Assembly (NCBI GenBank): GCA_963824195.1
Contig: CAWGOJ010000004.1
Coordinates: 6,609-70,608, forward strand
Direction: 5' to 3'
DNA: 64,000 nt
Source of the DNA: an uncultured Acidimicrobiaceae bacterium
GTDB taxonomy: Bacteria; Actinomycetota; Acidimicrobiia; Acidimicrobiales; RAAP-2
The notes under the pieces are model-generated. The model saw only the letters and a program-made list of their open reading frames with translations. It did not search any database and was not told the origin of the DNA. Shown one piece after another: positions 28,726 to 38,447 of this stretch. Each line of letters begins with the position of its first letter. Positions within the stretch are counted from its first letter, which is position 1. The translations under genes were made by a program, and so were the position numbers.

Positions 28726-30084
28726 GTGGAACGGCGCATCTTCGGCATCGAGAACGAGTACGGGGTGACCTTCACCCTGCGGGGGCAGCGCCGCCTGAGC
28801 CCCGACGAGGTGGCGCGCTACCTGTTCCGCCGCGTGGTCTCGTGGGGCCGGTCGTCCAACGTCTTCCTCGAGAACGGCGCTCGCCTCTATCTCGACGTCG
28901 GCAGCCATCCCGAGTACGCCACCCCCGAGTGTGACCGCATCAGCGACGTCGTGGTGCACGACAAGGCGGGGGAGTGGATCCTGGCCCAGCTCGTGACCGG
29001 CGCGCAGGCGCGGCTCCGCGAGGAGGGGATCCGCGGCGAGGTCTACCTCTTCAAGAACAACACCGACTCGGTCGGCAACTCCTACGGCTGCCACGAGAAC
29101 TACCTCACCGAGCGCAACGACGAGTTCAACCGCTACACAGAGGTGCTGATCCCGTTCCTGGTCTCGCGCCAGATCTACGCCGGCGCGGGCAAGGTGCTGC
29201 AGACGGCCCGGGGCGCCGTCTTCTGCCTGAGCCAGCGCGCGGAGCACATCTGGGAGGGCGTTTCGTCCGCCACCACGCGCAGCCGCCCCATCATCAACAC
29301 CAGGGACGAGCCGCACGCGGACGCCGAGAGGTTCCGGCGCCTCCACGTGATCGTCGGCGACTCCAACATGAGCGAGTACGCCACTTTCTTGAAGATCGGC
29401 ACGACCTCCATCCTCCTCGCCATGCTCGAGGACTCCTCGACCGTCCTGCGCGACCTCACGCTCGAGAACCCCATCCGGGCGATCCGGGAGATCAGCCACG
29501 ACATCACCTGCCAGCGCAGGGTGCGCCTGGCCAACGGCCGCGAGATGCGGGCCCTGGACATTCAGGCCGAGTACCTGGAGCGCGCGCTGAAATTCCGCGA
29601 CCGGCGCGGCCTCTCTCCGGAGGAGGACCGGGCGCTGGACATGTGGGAGCACTGCCTCAAGGGGCTGGAGGCCGACCCGACGTCGTTGTGGCGCGAGTGC
29701 GACTGGGTGGCCAAGCACCGACTGGTCGAGCAGATGCGGGCGCGCCACGACGTCTCACTCTCACATCCCAAGGTGGCGATGATCGACCTCATGTACCACG
29801 ACGTCGACCGGAGCCGCGGGCTGTTCTACAAGTTGCAGCAACGCGACGAAATGGACCGGACCTGCACCGACGAGGCCATCACCGAAGCCATGACGAAGCC
29901 ACCCGAGACGACCCGGGCCCGGCTGCGGGGTGCCTTCGTGAAACGGGCCAAGGAGCGCCGCCGCGACTTCACGGTGGACTGGGTGCACCTCAAGCTGAAC
30001 GACCAGGCCCAGCGCACAGTGCTGCTCAAGGACCCCTTCAAGTCGCATGATGAACGGGTTGAGCGGCTCATCCAGTCGCTCTAG
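28726..30084 (+). CDS. pafA: Pup--protein ligase
   Basis: 452 aa in the Dop/PafA family ([25 protein letters not shown]), located downstream of prcA. Confidence 0.93.
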   Translation: MERRIFGIENEYGVTFTLRGQRRLSPDEVARYLFRRVVSWGRSSNVFLENGARLYLDVGSHPEYATPECDRISDVVVHDKAGEWILAQLVTGAQARLREEGIRGEVYLFKNNTDSVGNSYGCHENYLTERNDEFNRYTEVLIPFLVSRQIYAGAGKVLQTARGAVFCLSQRAEHIWEGVSSATTRSRPIINTRDEPHADAERFRRLHVIVGDSNMSEYATFLKIGTTSILLAMLEDSSTVLRDLTLENPIRAIREISHDITCQRRVRLANGREMRALDIQAEYLERALKFRDRRGLSPEEDRALDMWEHCLKGLEADPTSLWRECDWVAKHRLVEQMRARHDVSLSHPKVAMIDLMYHDVDRSRGLFYKLQQRDEMDRTCTDEAITEAMTKPPETTRARLRGAFVKRAKERRRDFTVDWVHLKLNDQAQRTVLLKDPFKSHDERVERLIQSL

Positions 30085-30106
30085 TGGCACCGTAGAGTGA
30101 AGGCAC

Positions 30107-30568
30107 ATGTTCAATCTCGATCCAGGCAAACTGATCGTGATCGCCGTGGTCGCCATCATTCTCCTGGGGCCTGACCGCCTGCCCCAGGTCGCCCGACAGG
30201 TGGGAGGCGCGTGGCGGTCCTTCAACGAGTTCCGGCACCGCATGGAGACCGAGATGCGGAGCTCCATGCCCGACCTGCCCCCGACCTCGGAGATCGCACG
30301 GCTGGCCCGCTCACCGTCCGCGCTGCTCAACCACCTCTCGAACATGTCCTCCGAAGGTGACGATCGGGAAGAGGCCGCGGACGGCACGTTCCAGCCGCCG
30401 GTGGCGCCCGACGCCGTCGCCGGCAACGGCCGGGCGGCTTCCCCGGACCTCGCGGCTGACACCCCGGCTGCGATGCCGGCGCCGCCTGCCCCGGCCCGGG
30501 AGGAGCGCCCGGCGCAGCCGCCGCGGCAGTCCGAGGTCATCGTTCCGAGCGACCCGACGCTCAACTGA
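30107..30568 (+). CDS. twin-arginine translocase TatA/TatB family protein
   Basis: The N-terminus MFNLDPGKLIVIAVVAIILLGPDRLP gives a TM helix plus an amphipathic helix. The tail is long and Pro/Ala-rich, so by length it is more TatB-like. Confidence 0.8.
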   Translation: MFNLDPGKLIVIAVVAIILLGPDRLPQVARQVGGAWRSFNEFRHRMETEMRSSMPDLPPTSEIARLARSPSALLNHLSNMSSEGDDREEAADGTFQPPVAPDAVAGNGRAASPDLAADTPAAMPAPPAPAREERPAQPPRQSEVIVPSDPTLN

Positions 30569-30579
30569 ACGGTGCGCGT

Positions 30580-31383
30580 GTGGTGACCCTCCCTTTCACG
30601 GCCAAGCGCAAGAGCCGGCCGTCTCCCGACAACATGACGCTCGGGGAGCACCTGAGTGAGCTGAGGCGCCGGGTCATCATCTGCGTGATCGCCTTCGTCG
30701 TCGCCGCCACCATCGCGGTCTTCGCCTACGAGCCCATCCTGCACTTCCTCCTCCGCCCGCTGTGCACCGTCGACTCCTCCACCGTCCACCACACGAGCAC
30801 GGGAAGCTCGCTCATCTTCGCCTCGAACGGGACGTGCAACCTCTTCGTCACGTCCCCGCTGGACGGTCTCACGCTACGCGTCAAGATCGCTCTCTTCGGC
30901 GGTCTCGTCCTGGCGTCGCCGGTGATCCTCTTCCAGGTCTGGCGCTTCGTCACACCCGGGCTGAAGGCCTCCGAGCGGCGCTACGCAGTGCCGTTCGTGG
31001 TCAGCGCGTTCGTGCTCTTCCTGCTCGGTGCGGCCACCGCGTACATCACCTTGCCGCACGCGCTCGGCTGGCTGAAGTCCGTCGGCGGGCCCAACCTGCA
31101 GGCGATCTACGACCCGATCCCGTATCTGGGGCTGATCCTGCTCATGATGACGATCTTCGGGCTCACCTTCGAGTTCCCCGTCGTCCTGGTCTCACTCGAG
31201 CTCGCACGCGTCGTCTCGCCGGCGCGGCTCCTTCGCTCGTGGAGATGGGCCGTCATCATCATCGTGGTGGTCGCCGCCGTCTTCACCCCCAGCTCCGACC
31301 CCTTCTCCATGTTCGCACTCGCCATCCCGCTCGTGGTCTTCTACTTCGCCTCCATCGGCATCGGGAAGCTGCTCGGCCGTTGA
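30580..31383 (+). CDS. tatC: twin-arginine translocase subunit TatC
   Basis: 267 aa with six TM segments. Has the motifs MTLGEHLSELRRR and TPSSDPFSM. Confidence 0.9.
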   Translation: MVTLPFTAKRKSRPSPDNMTLGEHLSELRRRVIICVIAFVVAATIAVFAYEPILHFLLRPLCTVDSSTVHHTSTGSSLIFASNGTCNLFVTSPLDGLTLRVKIALFGGLVLASPVILFQVWRFVTPGLKASERRYAVPFVVSAFVLFLLGAATAYITLPHALGWLKSVGGPNLQAIYDPIPYLGLILLMMTIFGLTFEFPVVLVSLELARVVSPARLLRSWRWAVIIIVVVAAVFTPSSDPFSMFALAIPLVVFYFASIGIGKLLGR

Positions 31384-33503
31384 CGGCCTTCCCGTGGCCC
31401 GTCCAGGAGACGGGCGGGGCGGCGGCGTTCGTGGCCGACCTGCCGTTCGTCCTCGACGACTTCCAGCACGACGCGTTCCGGGCCCTCGACGCGGACCACT
31501 CCGTCCTCGTGTCCGCCCCGACGGGCTCGGGCAAGACGCTGGTCGCGGCCTACGCGGTCCACCGTGCCCTGCGCGCCCACGGCAAGGCGTTCTACACAAC
31601 GCCCCTCAAGGCGCTGTCGAACCAGAAGTACGGTGAGCTCGCCGCCGTCTACGGCGAGGACCATGTCGGGCTGCTGACCGGTGACACCACCCTGCGACCG
31701 CGGGCGCCGGTCGTGGTGATGACCACCGAGGTCCTGCGCAACATGCTCCTGGCCGGGTCGGACCTGCTCGAGGGGCTCCATACGGTGGTGCTCGACGAGG
31801 TCCATTTCATTCAGGATCGCTACCGGGGCGGGGTCTGGGAGGAGGTCCTCGTCCTCTCACCGCCCGAGATCCGCTTCGTGTGCCTCTCGGCCACCGTGAA
31901 CAACGCCGACGAGCTGGGCGGGTGGCTGCGCTCCGTGCGGGGCGACACGGCGGTGATCGTCGAGCGGCAACGTCCCATCGTGCTCCGCCATCACTTCGCC
32001 GCACACCGGCGGGAGGACGAGGAGACCCTCTTCTGCCCCCTGCTGCACGACAACGGCAGACCAGGCGGCGAAGGCCTCCGCATCGACCAGGCCGTGCGCC
32101 GCGCACTACAGGGACGGTCGGTCAGCTGGCAGCCGAGAGGCAGGGGACCGCGCCTGCCCTATCGCGCCCCGCTGCGCACCGAGATGGTCGAGGAGCTGGA
32201 CCGGCGCGAGATGCTGCCCGCCATCGTCTTCATCTTCAGCCGCGCCGCGTGCGACGACGCCGTGCGCCAGGTCATGCGTGACGGTGTCCGCCTGACCGAC
32301 GCGCAGGAACGCTCCGCCATCCGCCAGGTGGCCGAGCGCCGGGTCGAGCCACTCGGCGACGAGGACCTACGCGTCCTCGGTTACGACGAATGGCTCGAGG
32401 GCCTCGAGCGGGGCGTGGCCGCGCACCACGCCGGCCTGGTCCCCCTCTTCCGCGAGACGGTGGAGGAGTGCTTCGCGGCCGGGCTGCTCAAGGTGGTCTT
32501 CGCCACCGAGACGCTCTCGCTCGGCATCAACATGCCGGCCCGGTCGGTGGTGATCGAGCGCTTCACCAAGTACGGCGGATCAGGCCGCGCGACCCTCACG
32601 TCGGGGGAATACCTCCAGCTCACCGGGCGCGCCGGCCGGCGGGGGCTCGACGAGGAGGGCCACGCCGTCGTCGCCTGGTCGAGCGAGATCACCTTCGCGG
32701 AGGCGGCCCGAGTCGCATCGGCGCCTCCACCGGACCTGCGCTCCGCCTTCCGGCCCACCTACAACCTGGCGGTCAACCTGGTCTCGCGCTTCGACCGCGG
32801 CACCGCCAACGAGGTCCTCCACCGCTCCTTCGCCCAGTGGCAGGCCCGCCAGCCCGATCTCCTGTCCCGGCAACTCGGTCACCGCGTGGCGGTGCTCGAG
32901 CAGATGGGCTACGTCGACGACTGGACGCTGACGCCCTCCGGACATCGCCTGTCGCGCATCTACCACGACGCCGACCTCCTCATCGCCGAGGCGCTCGGCA
33001 GCGACGTGCTGGCGGGGGCGGAGCCCTCGGTCGTCGCCGGCGTGCTGTCGGCCGTCGTCTTCGAGCCGCGCCGGGCCCGCCGACTGCCCGGGCACCAGGG
33101 TCAGCGGCGGGGCAAGCGGCGCGCCCACCTGCAGGACCGTCTGGGCGACAAGCGGACCATCGAGCTCGCCTGGCGCTGCGACGCCGTCAACGTCATGGCC
33201 GAGAGGATCCGCGCCGTCGAAGAGGCTCACCTCGTCCCACGCACTCGCCAGCCGGCGGCCGGCCTGGCCACCGCGGTGGCGTCGTGGGCCAGGGGGGCCT
33301 CCTTCTCGACTGCCCTCGACGTGGCCGCCCGTGACATCGGGGAGCTGGCGCCCGGCGACTTCGTGCGCACCATGAAGTCCGTGGCCGACCTGGCCCAGCA
33401 GGTGTCGCACACGGCGGCTGACCCCGGCGTGGCCGCCGCGGCCCGGGAGGCCGTCGACCTTTTGCTCAGGGGCGTCGTCGCCGGGGGCCTGCCGGGCGCC
33501 TGA
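31380..33503 (+). CDS. helY: DEAD/DEAH-box Ski2-like helicase (HelY type)
   Basis: Has helicase motifs APTGSGKT, DEVH, SAT and HHAGL, plus the C-terminal HelY-type region. The start is uncertain: TTG 31380 overlaps the tatC stop and GTG 31431 is an alternative. The 30762 ORF start lies inside tatC and is rejected. Confidence 0.85.
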   Translation: MTAFPWPVQETGGAAAFVADLPFVLDDFQHDAFRALDADHSVLVSAPTGSGKTLVAAYAVHRALRAHGKAFYTTPLKALSNQKYGELAAVYGEDHVGLLTGDTTLRPRAPVVVMTTEVLRNMLLAGSDLLEGLHTVVLDEVHFIQDRYRGGVWEEVLVLSPPEIRFVCLSATVNNADELGGWLRSVRGDTAVIVERQRPIVLRHHFAAHRREDEETLFCPLLHDNGRPGGEGLRIDQAVRRALQGRSVSWQPRGRGPRLPYRAPLRTEMVEELDRREMLPAIVFIFSRAACDDAVRQVMRDGVRLTDAQERSAIRQVAERRVEPLGDEDLRVLGYDEWLEGLERGVAAHHAGLVPLFRETVEECFAAGLLKVVFATETLSLGINMPARSVVIERFTKYGGSGRATLTSGEYLQLTGRAGRRGLDEEGHAVVAWSSEITFAEAARVASAPPPDLRSAFRPTYNLAVNLVSRFDRGTANEVLHRSFAQWQARQPDLLSRQLGHRVAVLEQMGYVDDWTLTPSGHRLSRIYHDADLLIAEALGSDVLAGAEPSVVAGVLSAVVFEPRRARRLPGHQGQRRGKRRAHLQDRLGDKRTIELAWRCDAVNVMAERIRAVEEAHLVPRTRQPAAGLATAVASWARGASFSTALDVAARDIGELAPGDFVRTMKSVADLAQQVSHTAADPGVAAAAREAVDLLLRGVVAGGLPGA

Positions 33504-33550
33504 CCCTATCCGCCACCGTCGCGTCACCCTCGTTCTATCGTGGGCCGGGC

Positions 33551-35191
33551 ATGTTCCCCTACTCCGAAGAGCGCTTCACCGCGGACGAGGAAGCCATCCT
33601 CCGGCGTTACGTCACGAACCTGGACAAGCCAGTATTTGCCCTGGTCAACCTACCCGAGGTGGTCAAGGGAGCCCTCTTCGCACGGTACTCGCGCTCGGCC
33701 AAGAGCCTGCGGCGCCTGTTCCTCGAGGAGTTCGTGGGGGACCTCGACATCTCAGGGGACGCCACCGTCGATGCCACGGTCGGCCTGGCACGGGCGGAGC
33801 AGCTCTACGAGAAGGTCTTCGTCGAGTACGGCGATGACTCGGTCGCGCAGCTCGGCGGCGTCCATCTCGCCTGCGAACAGTCATCCAACGTGCTGTCCAA
33901 GGTGCTCGAGTGGGGACGGCTGATGTCGTACCTGGAGCAGTCGACCCGCTACATCGCGTACAACCAGCGCCTCGACAACGGGCAGTACCGCTATTTCCGC
34001 CCGCCGGAACTGCTCGACTCGCCGCACGGCGCCCGTTTCGTCGGCGAGATGGACCGTGTGTTCGACACCTACGGCGCGCTGCTCCCGCGTATGCAGGCCT
34101 GGGTGGCGGAGCGGTTCCCCCAGCAGGCCGGCGACAGCGACTTCGTCTACCGCCAGGCGACGCGCGCCAAGTCGCTCGACGCGTTGCGGGGGATCCTGCC
34201 GGCGGCGTCGCTGTCCAACATCGGCATGTACGGCACCGGCCAGTCCTACGAGCAGTTGCTCCTTCGCATGCGCGCCCACCCCTTGCCGGAGGCGCGCCAC
34301 TATGCCGACATGATGCTCGTCGAGCTCCGCAAGGTGATCCCGTCCTTCTTGCAGCGCGTCGACGTCAAAGAACGCGGCGGGGAATGGTCGGCCTACCTCG
34401 CGTCCACCCGCCAGCAGACGTCGCGCCTTGTGGAGTGCCTCTGGCCCGACCTGGGCTCATCGGACCCGGCGTCGGGAGCCGACGCCGGGGACCCGGAGGT
34501 CACGCTGCTCGACTTCGATCCCCAAGGGGAGGAGAAGGTCCTGGTCGCAGCATGTTTCTCGCACCTCGGCTGCTCCGAGCGCGAGGCGGCCCGCCGGGTC
34601 GGGCTTCTGGGCCACGAGGACCGGGTCGCCTTGTTACGGGCGTACGTGGGGGAGCGGCGCAACCGCCGCCATCGGCCCGGTCGCGCCTTCGAGCGGACCG
34701 ACTACCGCTTCGAGCTCGTCACCGATTACGGAGCCTTTCGCGACCTGCAGCGCCACCGCATGCTCACGATCGAGTGGCAGCGCCTGGGCATCTCTCTCGG
34801 CTACGACATGCCGAGCCTCGTCGGCGAGGCCGGCCTCGCGGAGCACTACGACGAGGCCATCGGCCGCGCCGAAGAGCTGTACCGAACGCTGGTGCCCGAG
34901 TTCCCCGAGCAGGCCTCCTACGCCGTGGCGCTGGCCCACCGCATCCGCTACGTCATGCAGTTCAACGCGCGAGAGGCGATGCACCTGTTGGAGCTGCGCT
35001 CCGGGCCGCAGGGCCATCCCGCGTACCGCAGGGTGGCCCAGCAGATGCACCGGGCCGTCGCCGAGGTCGCCGGGCACCGAGCGCTGGCCGACGCGATGTC
35101 CTTCGTCGATCACGGAGCGACTGACCTCGAGCGCCTCGAATCGGAGCGCCGGGCCGAGCGCCGGCGGTCGGAAAAATCCGCAACGCATTGA
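33551..35191 (+). CDS. ThyX-family (FAD-dependent thymidylate synthase-like) protein, double-length fused form
   Basis: 546 aa. The C-terminal half has a ThyX-like motif (FRDLQRHRMLTIEWQ) and ...AMHLLELRSGPQGHPAYR. The N-terminal half has a degenerate related block (ALFARYSRSAKSLRRLF). Confidence 0.62.
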   Translation: MFPYSEERFTADEEAILRRYVTNLDKPVFALVNLPEVVKGALFARYSRSAKSLRRLFLEEFVGDLDISGDATVDATVGLARAEQLYEKVFVEYGDDSVAQLGGVHLACEQSSNVLSKVLEWGRLMSYLEQSTRYIAYNQRLDNGQYRYFRPPELLDSPHGARFVGEMDRVFDTYGALLPRMQAWVAERFPQQAGDSDFVYRQATRAKSLDALRGILPAASLSNIGMYGTGQSYEQLLLRMRAHPLPEARHYADMMLVELRKVIPSFLQRVDVKERGGEWSAYLASTRQQTSRLVECLWPDLGSSDPASGADAGDPEVTLLDFDPQGEEKVLVAACFSHLGCSEREAARRVGLLGHEDRVALLRAYVGERRNRRHRPGRAFERTDYRFELVTDYGAFRDLQRHRMLTIEWQRLGISLGYDMPSLVGEAGLAEHYDEAIGRAEELYRTLVPEFPEQASYAVALAHRIRYVMQFNAREAMHLLELRSGPQGHPAYRRVAQQMHRAVAEVAGHRALADAMSFVDHGATDLERLESERRAERRRSEKSATH

Positions 35192-35534
35192 CCAGGAACT
35201 ACCCTCGTTCTCCCTGGTGGCGGCAGCTTCGAATTTCTTGACGACCCCACCCCCGGCTTGCCTATTGTACGGCGCAGTCCCCGACGCCCCTAACGATGCT
35301 GCAGAGGGGGAACCTCTGAAGCAGCGAGGGGGGGATGTGCCGTGAGAGGCGGTGGTAGGCCCTGGGGGTCGAGTAGAGAACGTGTTGCTTGCCTGGCGAC
35401 CCCAGGTGTGCGAGATGGCGCCAAAGACCCCAGGGCCCGCCCGCCGCGACCTCAGATTCCTCAACCGAACCCTGACGAGGGACCCTTTCACGGCGATTGA
35501 GAGTCTCTCCAAGCGTCTATGCTCCCGCGGCACA

Positions 35535-36047
35535 ATGGCGACCAAGAAGAAGGCCAAAGTCGAAGATCTGGAGGCCGAGAGCCCTGACGTCGAGGACGAA
35601 GCGGCGCTCGACGACGAGCTCGACGTCGATGAGGACGTGGACATCGACGTCGACGAGGCACTCGTGGGCATCGACGCCCTCGAGGTCGACGCTGACGACA
35701 TCGCCGACCTGGACGAGGACGAGGACGAGGACGAGGTTGACGAGATCCTGACGCCCTCGCCCGCCGCTGTCGTGGAGCGGTCCGGCGAGGGCGACGAGGA
35801 GGAGGAGGAGGAGGAGCCCGACGATGAGGACGTCGAGGCCAGCCTCGACGTCATCCTCAAGGAGCGCCTGGTCGTCGAGGACGAGCCCGAGGACGAGGAG
35901 GCGACCGACCAGGAGGACAAGACCGAGGGTAACGAGCGCGTCCTGCCCAAGCAGCCCGACGAGTTCGTGTGCCGCTCCTGCTTCCTGGTCAAGCACCCCA
36001 GCCAGCTGGCCGACAAGAAGAACATGCTCTGCCGGGACTGTGTCTGA
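35535..36047 (+). CDS. DUF4193 family protein (acidic, C-terminal zinc-ribbon-like)
   Basis: 170 aa from ATG 35535. Extremely D/E-rich, with the C-terminal signature EFVCRSCFLVKHPSQLADKKNMLCRDCV typical of DUF4193. Confidence 0.75.
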   Translation: MATKKKAKVEDLEAESPDVEDEAALDDELDVDEDVDIDVDEALVGIDALEVDADDIADLDEDEDEDEVDEILTPSPAAVVERSGEGDEEEEEEEPDDEDVEASLDVILKERLVVEDEPEDEEATDQEDKTEGNERVLPKQPDEFVCRSCFLVKHPSQLADKKNMLCRDCV

Positions 36048-36573
36048 GGATCCGGGCCACGACGAGCAGGACGGGAAGAGCCCGTTGCGCCGCACCCTGG
36101 ATCTGTGCCTCTTCGCCCCGGTCGGCGTGGCGGTCACCGTGGTGGAGGACCTTCCTGAGCTGATCGCCAAGGGGAGGCGCCGCGTCGAGCTCGAGCTGGG
36201 GAACGCCCGCGTGGTCGGCCGCTTCGTCGTCAACAAGGGCCAGCGGGGGATGTCGAACCGGCTGGACGACTTCCTCGGTAACGGCACCAACGAGGAGCAA
36301 GAGGCCGCTGACGGCGACGTCGAGCCGCCCCCGATGCCCGTCCCGCCATCCCGGCCGGCACCCGACCCGGCGGCCGAGGCGATCGTGGGGGGTGCACTGG
36401 CCGATTACGACACCTTGAGCGCCTCCCAGGTCGTCCGCCGGCTGGAGAGCCTGGGCCCCGAGGAGCTCCACGCCGTCCAGCGCTACGAGGCGTCAACCCG
36501 CAACCGGCGCACGATCCTGAACCGGGCCGGCCAGCTCCTCGAGGAGCGGCCCCCGGTGCCGCCTCCCTCCTAG
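36040..36573 (+). CDS. conserved actinobacterial hypothetical protein
   Basis: GTG 36040 overlaps the DUF4193 stop. Has an N-terminal hydrophobic/amphipathic segment (LCLFAPVGVAVTVVEDLPELIAKG). The C-terminal helical module is YDTLSASQVVRRLESLGPEELHAVQRYEASTRNRRTILNRAGQLL. Confidence 0.55.
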   Translation: MSEDPGHDEQDGKSPLRRTLDLCLFAPVGVAVTVVEDLPELIAKGRRRVELELGNARVVGRFVVNKGQRGMSNRLDDFLGNGTNEEQEAADGDVEPPPMPVPPSRPAPDPAAEAIVGGALADYDTLSASQVVRRLESLGPEELHAVQRYEASTRNRRTILNRAGQLLEERPPVPPPS

Positions 36574-36579
36574 CCGGAC

Positions 36580-37038
36580 ATGGAACTGGCCCGGCCGGCG
36601 GGTGCGACGGACCGACAAGCCTGCACGCGCCTCCTCTCGCGGGCGCTTCTCGGCGCGGCGTCCATGCGCGGGGGAGCGGCACTGGTGGGTGATGCAACTC
36701 CCGTGACCCTGCTCGACCGCTGGACCCGGCCCGGGGGAGCGGCCCACCTGCTGGTCGGGGAGTACGAGGGTGCCGTGGTGGGGCTGCTCGGGGTGGCCGT
36801 GGCCACCGAGTCCGGCGGGCGCCGCAGCGGCCTGATCGAGTGCTGCTACGTCGAGACCGGTGCCCGCGGCGTGGGCGTGGGCACTGCGCTGATGGAGGCG
36901 GCGGTGGCCTGGTGCGCTGCGCAGGGCTGCACCGATGTGGACGCCCTGGCGCTCCCGGGGGACCGCACGACCAAACAGCGCCTGGAGGCGGCGGGGTTCA
37001 CCGCCCGCCTGCTGACCCTCAGCCGCCAGTTGGGCTGA
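36580..37038 (+). CDS. GNAT family N-acetyltransferase
   Basis: 152 aa with the acetyl-CoA-binding motif ARGVGVGTALMEAAVAWCAAQG. Confidence 0.8.
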   Translation: MELARPAGATDRQACTRLLSRALLGAASMRGGAALVGDATPVTLLDRWTRPGGAAHLLVGEYEGAVVGLLGVAVATESGGRRSGLIECCYVETGARGVGVGTALMEAAVAWCAAQGCTDVDALALPGDRTTKQRLEAAGFTARLLTLSRQLG

Positions 37039-38284
37039 AGCGGCGCTCCGTGTTGACCCGCCGGGGCGGCGGGGGTGGGATGCGGAGCCCGAGGAGCTTG
37101 GCCAGCGCGGGGACAGAACCGGAGGCGTGGCGGGCCGCCTGACGGGCCACCTCGTCGTCGGGGATGGCCGCCGGCTTCACCGTGCGGCGCACTGGGGACG
37201 CCACGACGGCGTCGAGCAGCCGCATCCACTCCTCTGGCGCCAGATCGGCCGACATGGCCTCCCCGGCGGCGCTCGCGAGCCGGACGGCCAACTCGGCCGG
37301 GCAACGGGTCCCGGGCTCCGGGGGGCGGATGGAGGCCTCGACGGCCTGCAGCACCCGCCCGTCATCGAGCGCGTTCGCGATGCGGGCCAGCCACTCCTCC
37401 CGCAGGGCGGTCGTGCGCTGGTCGAGCGATTCCTGGAGCGCCTTCGCCAAGGTGCGCCCCTCCTCGTCCAGCGTGACGGTGCGCGAGGCGGCCACCACGG
37501 CGCGGAGCTCCCGCAGGCGGTAGTCCTTGCCGGCGGTCTGGGCCACCGTCGCGCGGTCCTTCCAGTCGGCCAGCCGGACCGTCGGGAGCAGCTCGTCGGC
37601 CATGGCGAGGAGCGCATCGGACGCCACAGGGGGCTTCCCAGCGGCCTTAGACGACGTGTTCTGGGCCTCGATGGCCTGCCGCACCGCCTGCAGGCCCCCG
37701 CGCAGGAGCTGCTCGGCCACGGGGATCTGCTCGGGACGCAGCGTTGCCAGCATGGCGTTGCGGTGGACGGTGGACGTCGGCGCGGCGGGACGCTCGCCGC
37801 GCGCCGGGCGCCCGTCGCCTTCGCCCGGGCGCCGCCCGCCGGTTCGCCGCGGGCCGCTCCCGCGGGGACGGTCGCCCCGCCCCTCGCGCGAGGCACCCTC
37901 TGCGTCGGCGCCTGCGCCGGGGCCGCGACGCCCGTCGCGGCGCTCCCCGCGTCCGCGCTCCCCCTCGTCGTCACGTCGCCGCTTCCCCGAACCCGCAGCG
38001 AAGATCACCGACACGTCGGGCGCCCGCTTCGGGGTGCCCTTCACCTCGATGCGTCCCTCCGTCTTCTCAGGCGATCGGACGGGCTTGGCCGAGGTGAGCG
38101 AAAGGACCTCGATGCCCTCGAGGCCGACCTCGATGTCGGCCCGCAGGACGGCACCGACGGCCTCGCCGGACGGCACCAGTGAAGCGTCGACGGTGCCCTT
38201 GGGCTGGCGCGCCCCGGCGGCCCGCCAGGTCCACGACCCGTCGCCCATCCGGCTCGTCAGCTCAATATCAATCCGGCGTGACAT
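37019..38284 (-). CDS. hypothetical protein with a central Arg/Gly/Asp-rich disordered linker
   Basis: 421 aa. Has a structured N-terminal ~90 aa, then a basic RG-rich stretch (RRRDDEGERGRGERRDGRRGPGAGADAEGASREGRGDRPRGSGPRRTGGRRPGEGDGRPARGERP), then an alpha-helical C-terminal domain. The composition is coherent, but no family was recognised. Confidence 0.6.
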   Translation of the reverse strand: MSRRIDIELTSRMGDGSWTWRAAGARQPKGTVDASLVPSGEAVGAVLRADIEVGLEGIEVLSLTSAKPVRSPEKTEGRIEVKGTPKRAPDVSVIFAAGSGKRRRDDEGERGRGERRDGRRGPGAGADAEGASREGRGDRPRGSGPRRTGGRRPGEGDGRPARGERPAAPTSTVHRNAMLATLRPEQIPVAEQLLRGGLQAVRQAIEAQNTSSKAAGKPPVASDALLAMADELLPTVRLADWKDRATVAQTAGKDYRLRELRAVVAASRTVTLDEEGRTLAKALQESLDQRTTALREEWLARIANALDDGRVLQAVEASIRPPEPGTRCPAELAVRLASAAGEAMSADLAPEEWMRLLDAVVASPVRRTVKPAAIPDDEVARQAARHASGSVPALAKLLGLRIPPPPPRRVNTERRFSPTGG

Positions 38285-38447
38285 GCGGCGGACACGCTAC
38301 CTCGCCTGGCACCGTGCCCTGATGACGGCCGCGGATCTGCATCCCATAACATGGGTCGGACGTCCGCGGAGTGCGGGAGCCGCCGGGACGGGTAACCACC
38401 CATCGTGAAGCGGTGTGACGGAACCACGTCCCTTCAGGAGGATCCAC

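Noticed and set aside
30762-31379. N-terminal 200-aa extension of the helicase ORF.
   Set aside because: It lies entirely inside tatC in another frame and is Arg/His/Pro-rich. Helicase similarity starts near 31380-31431.
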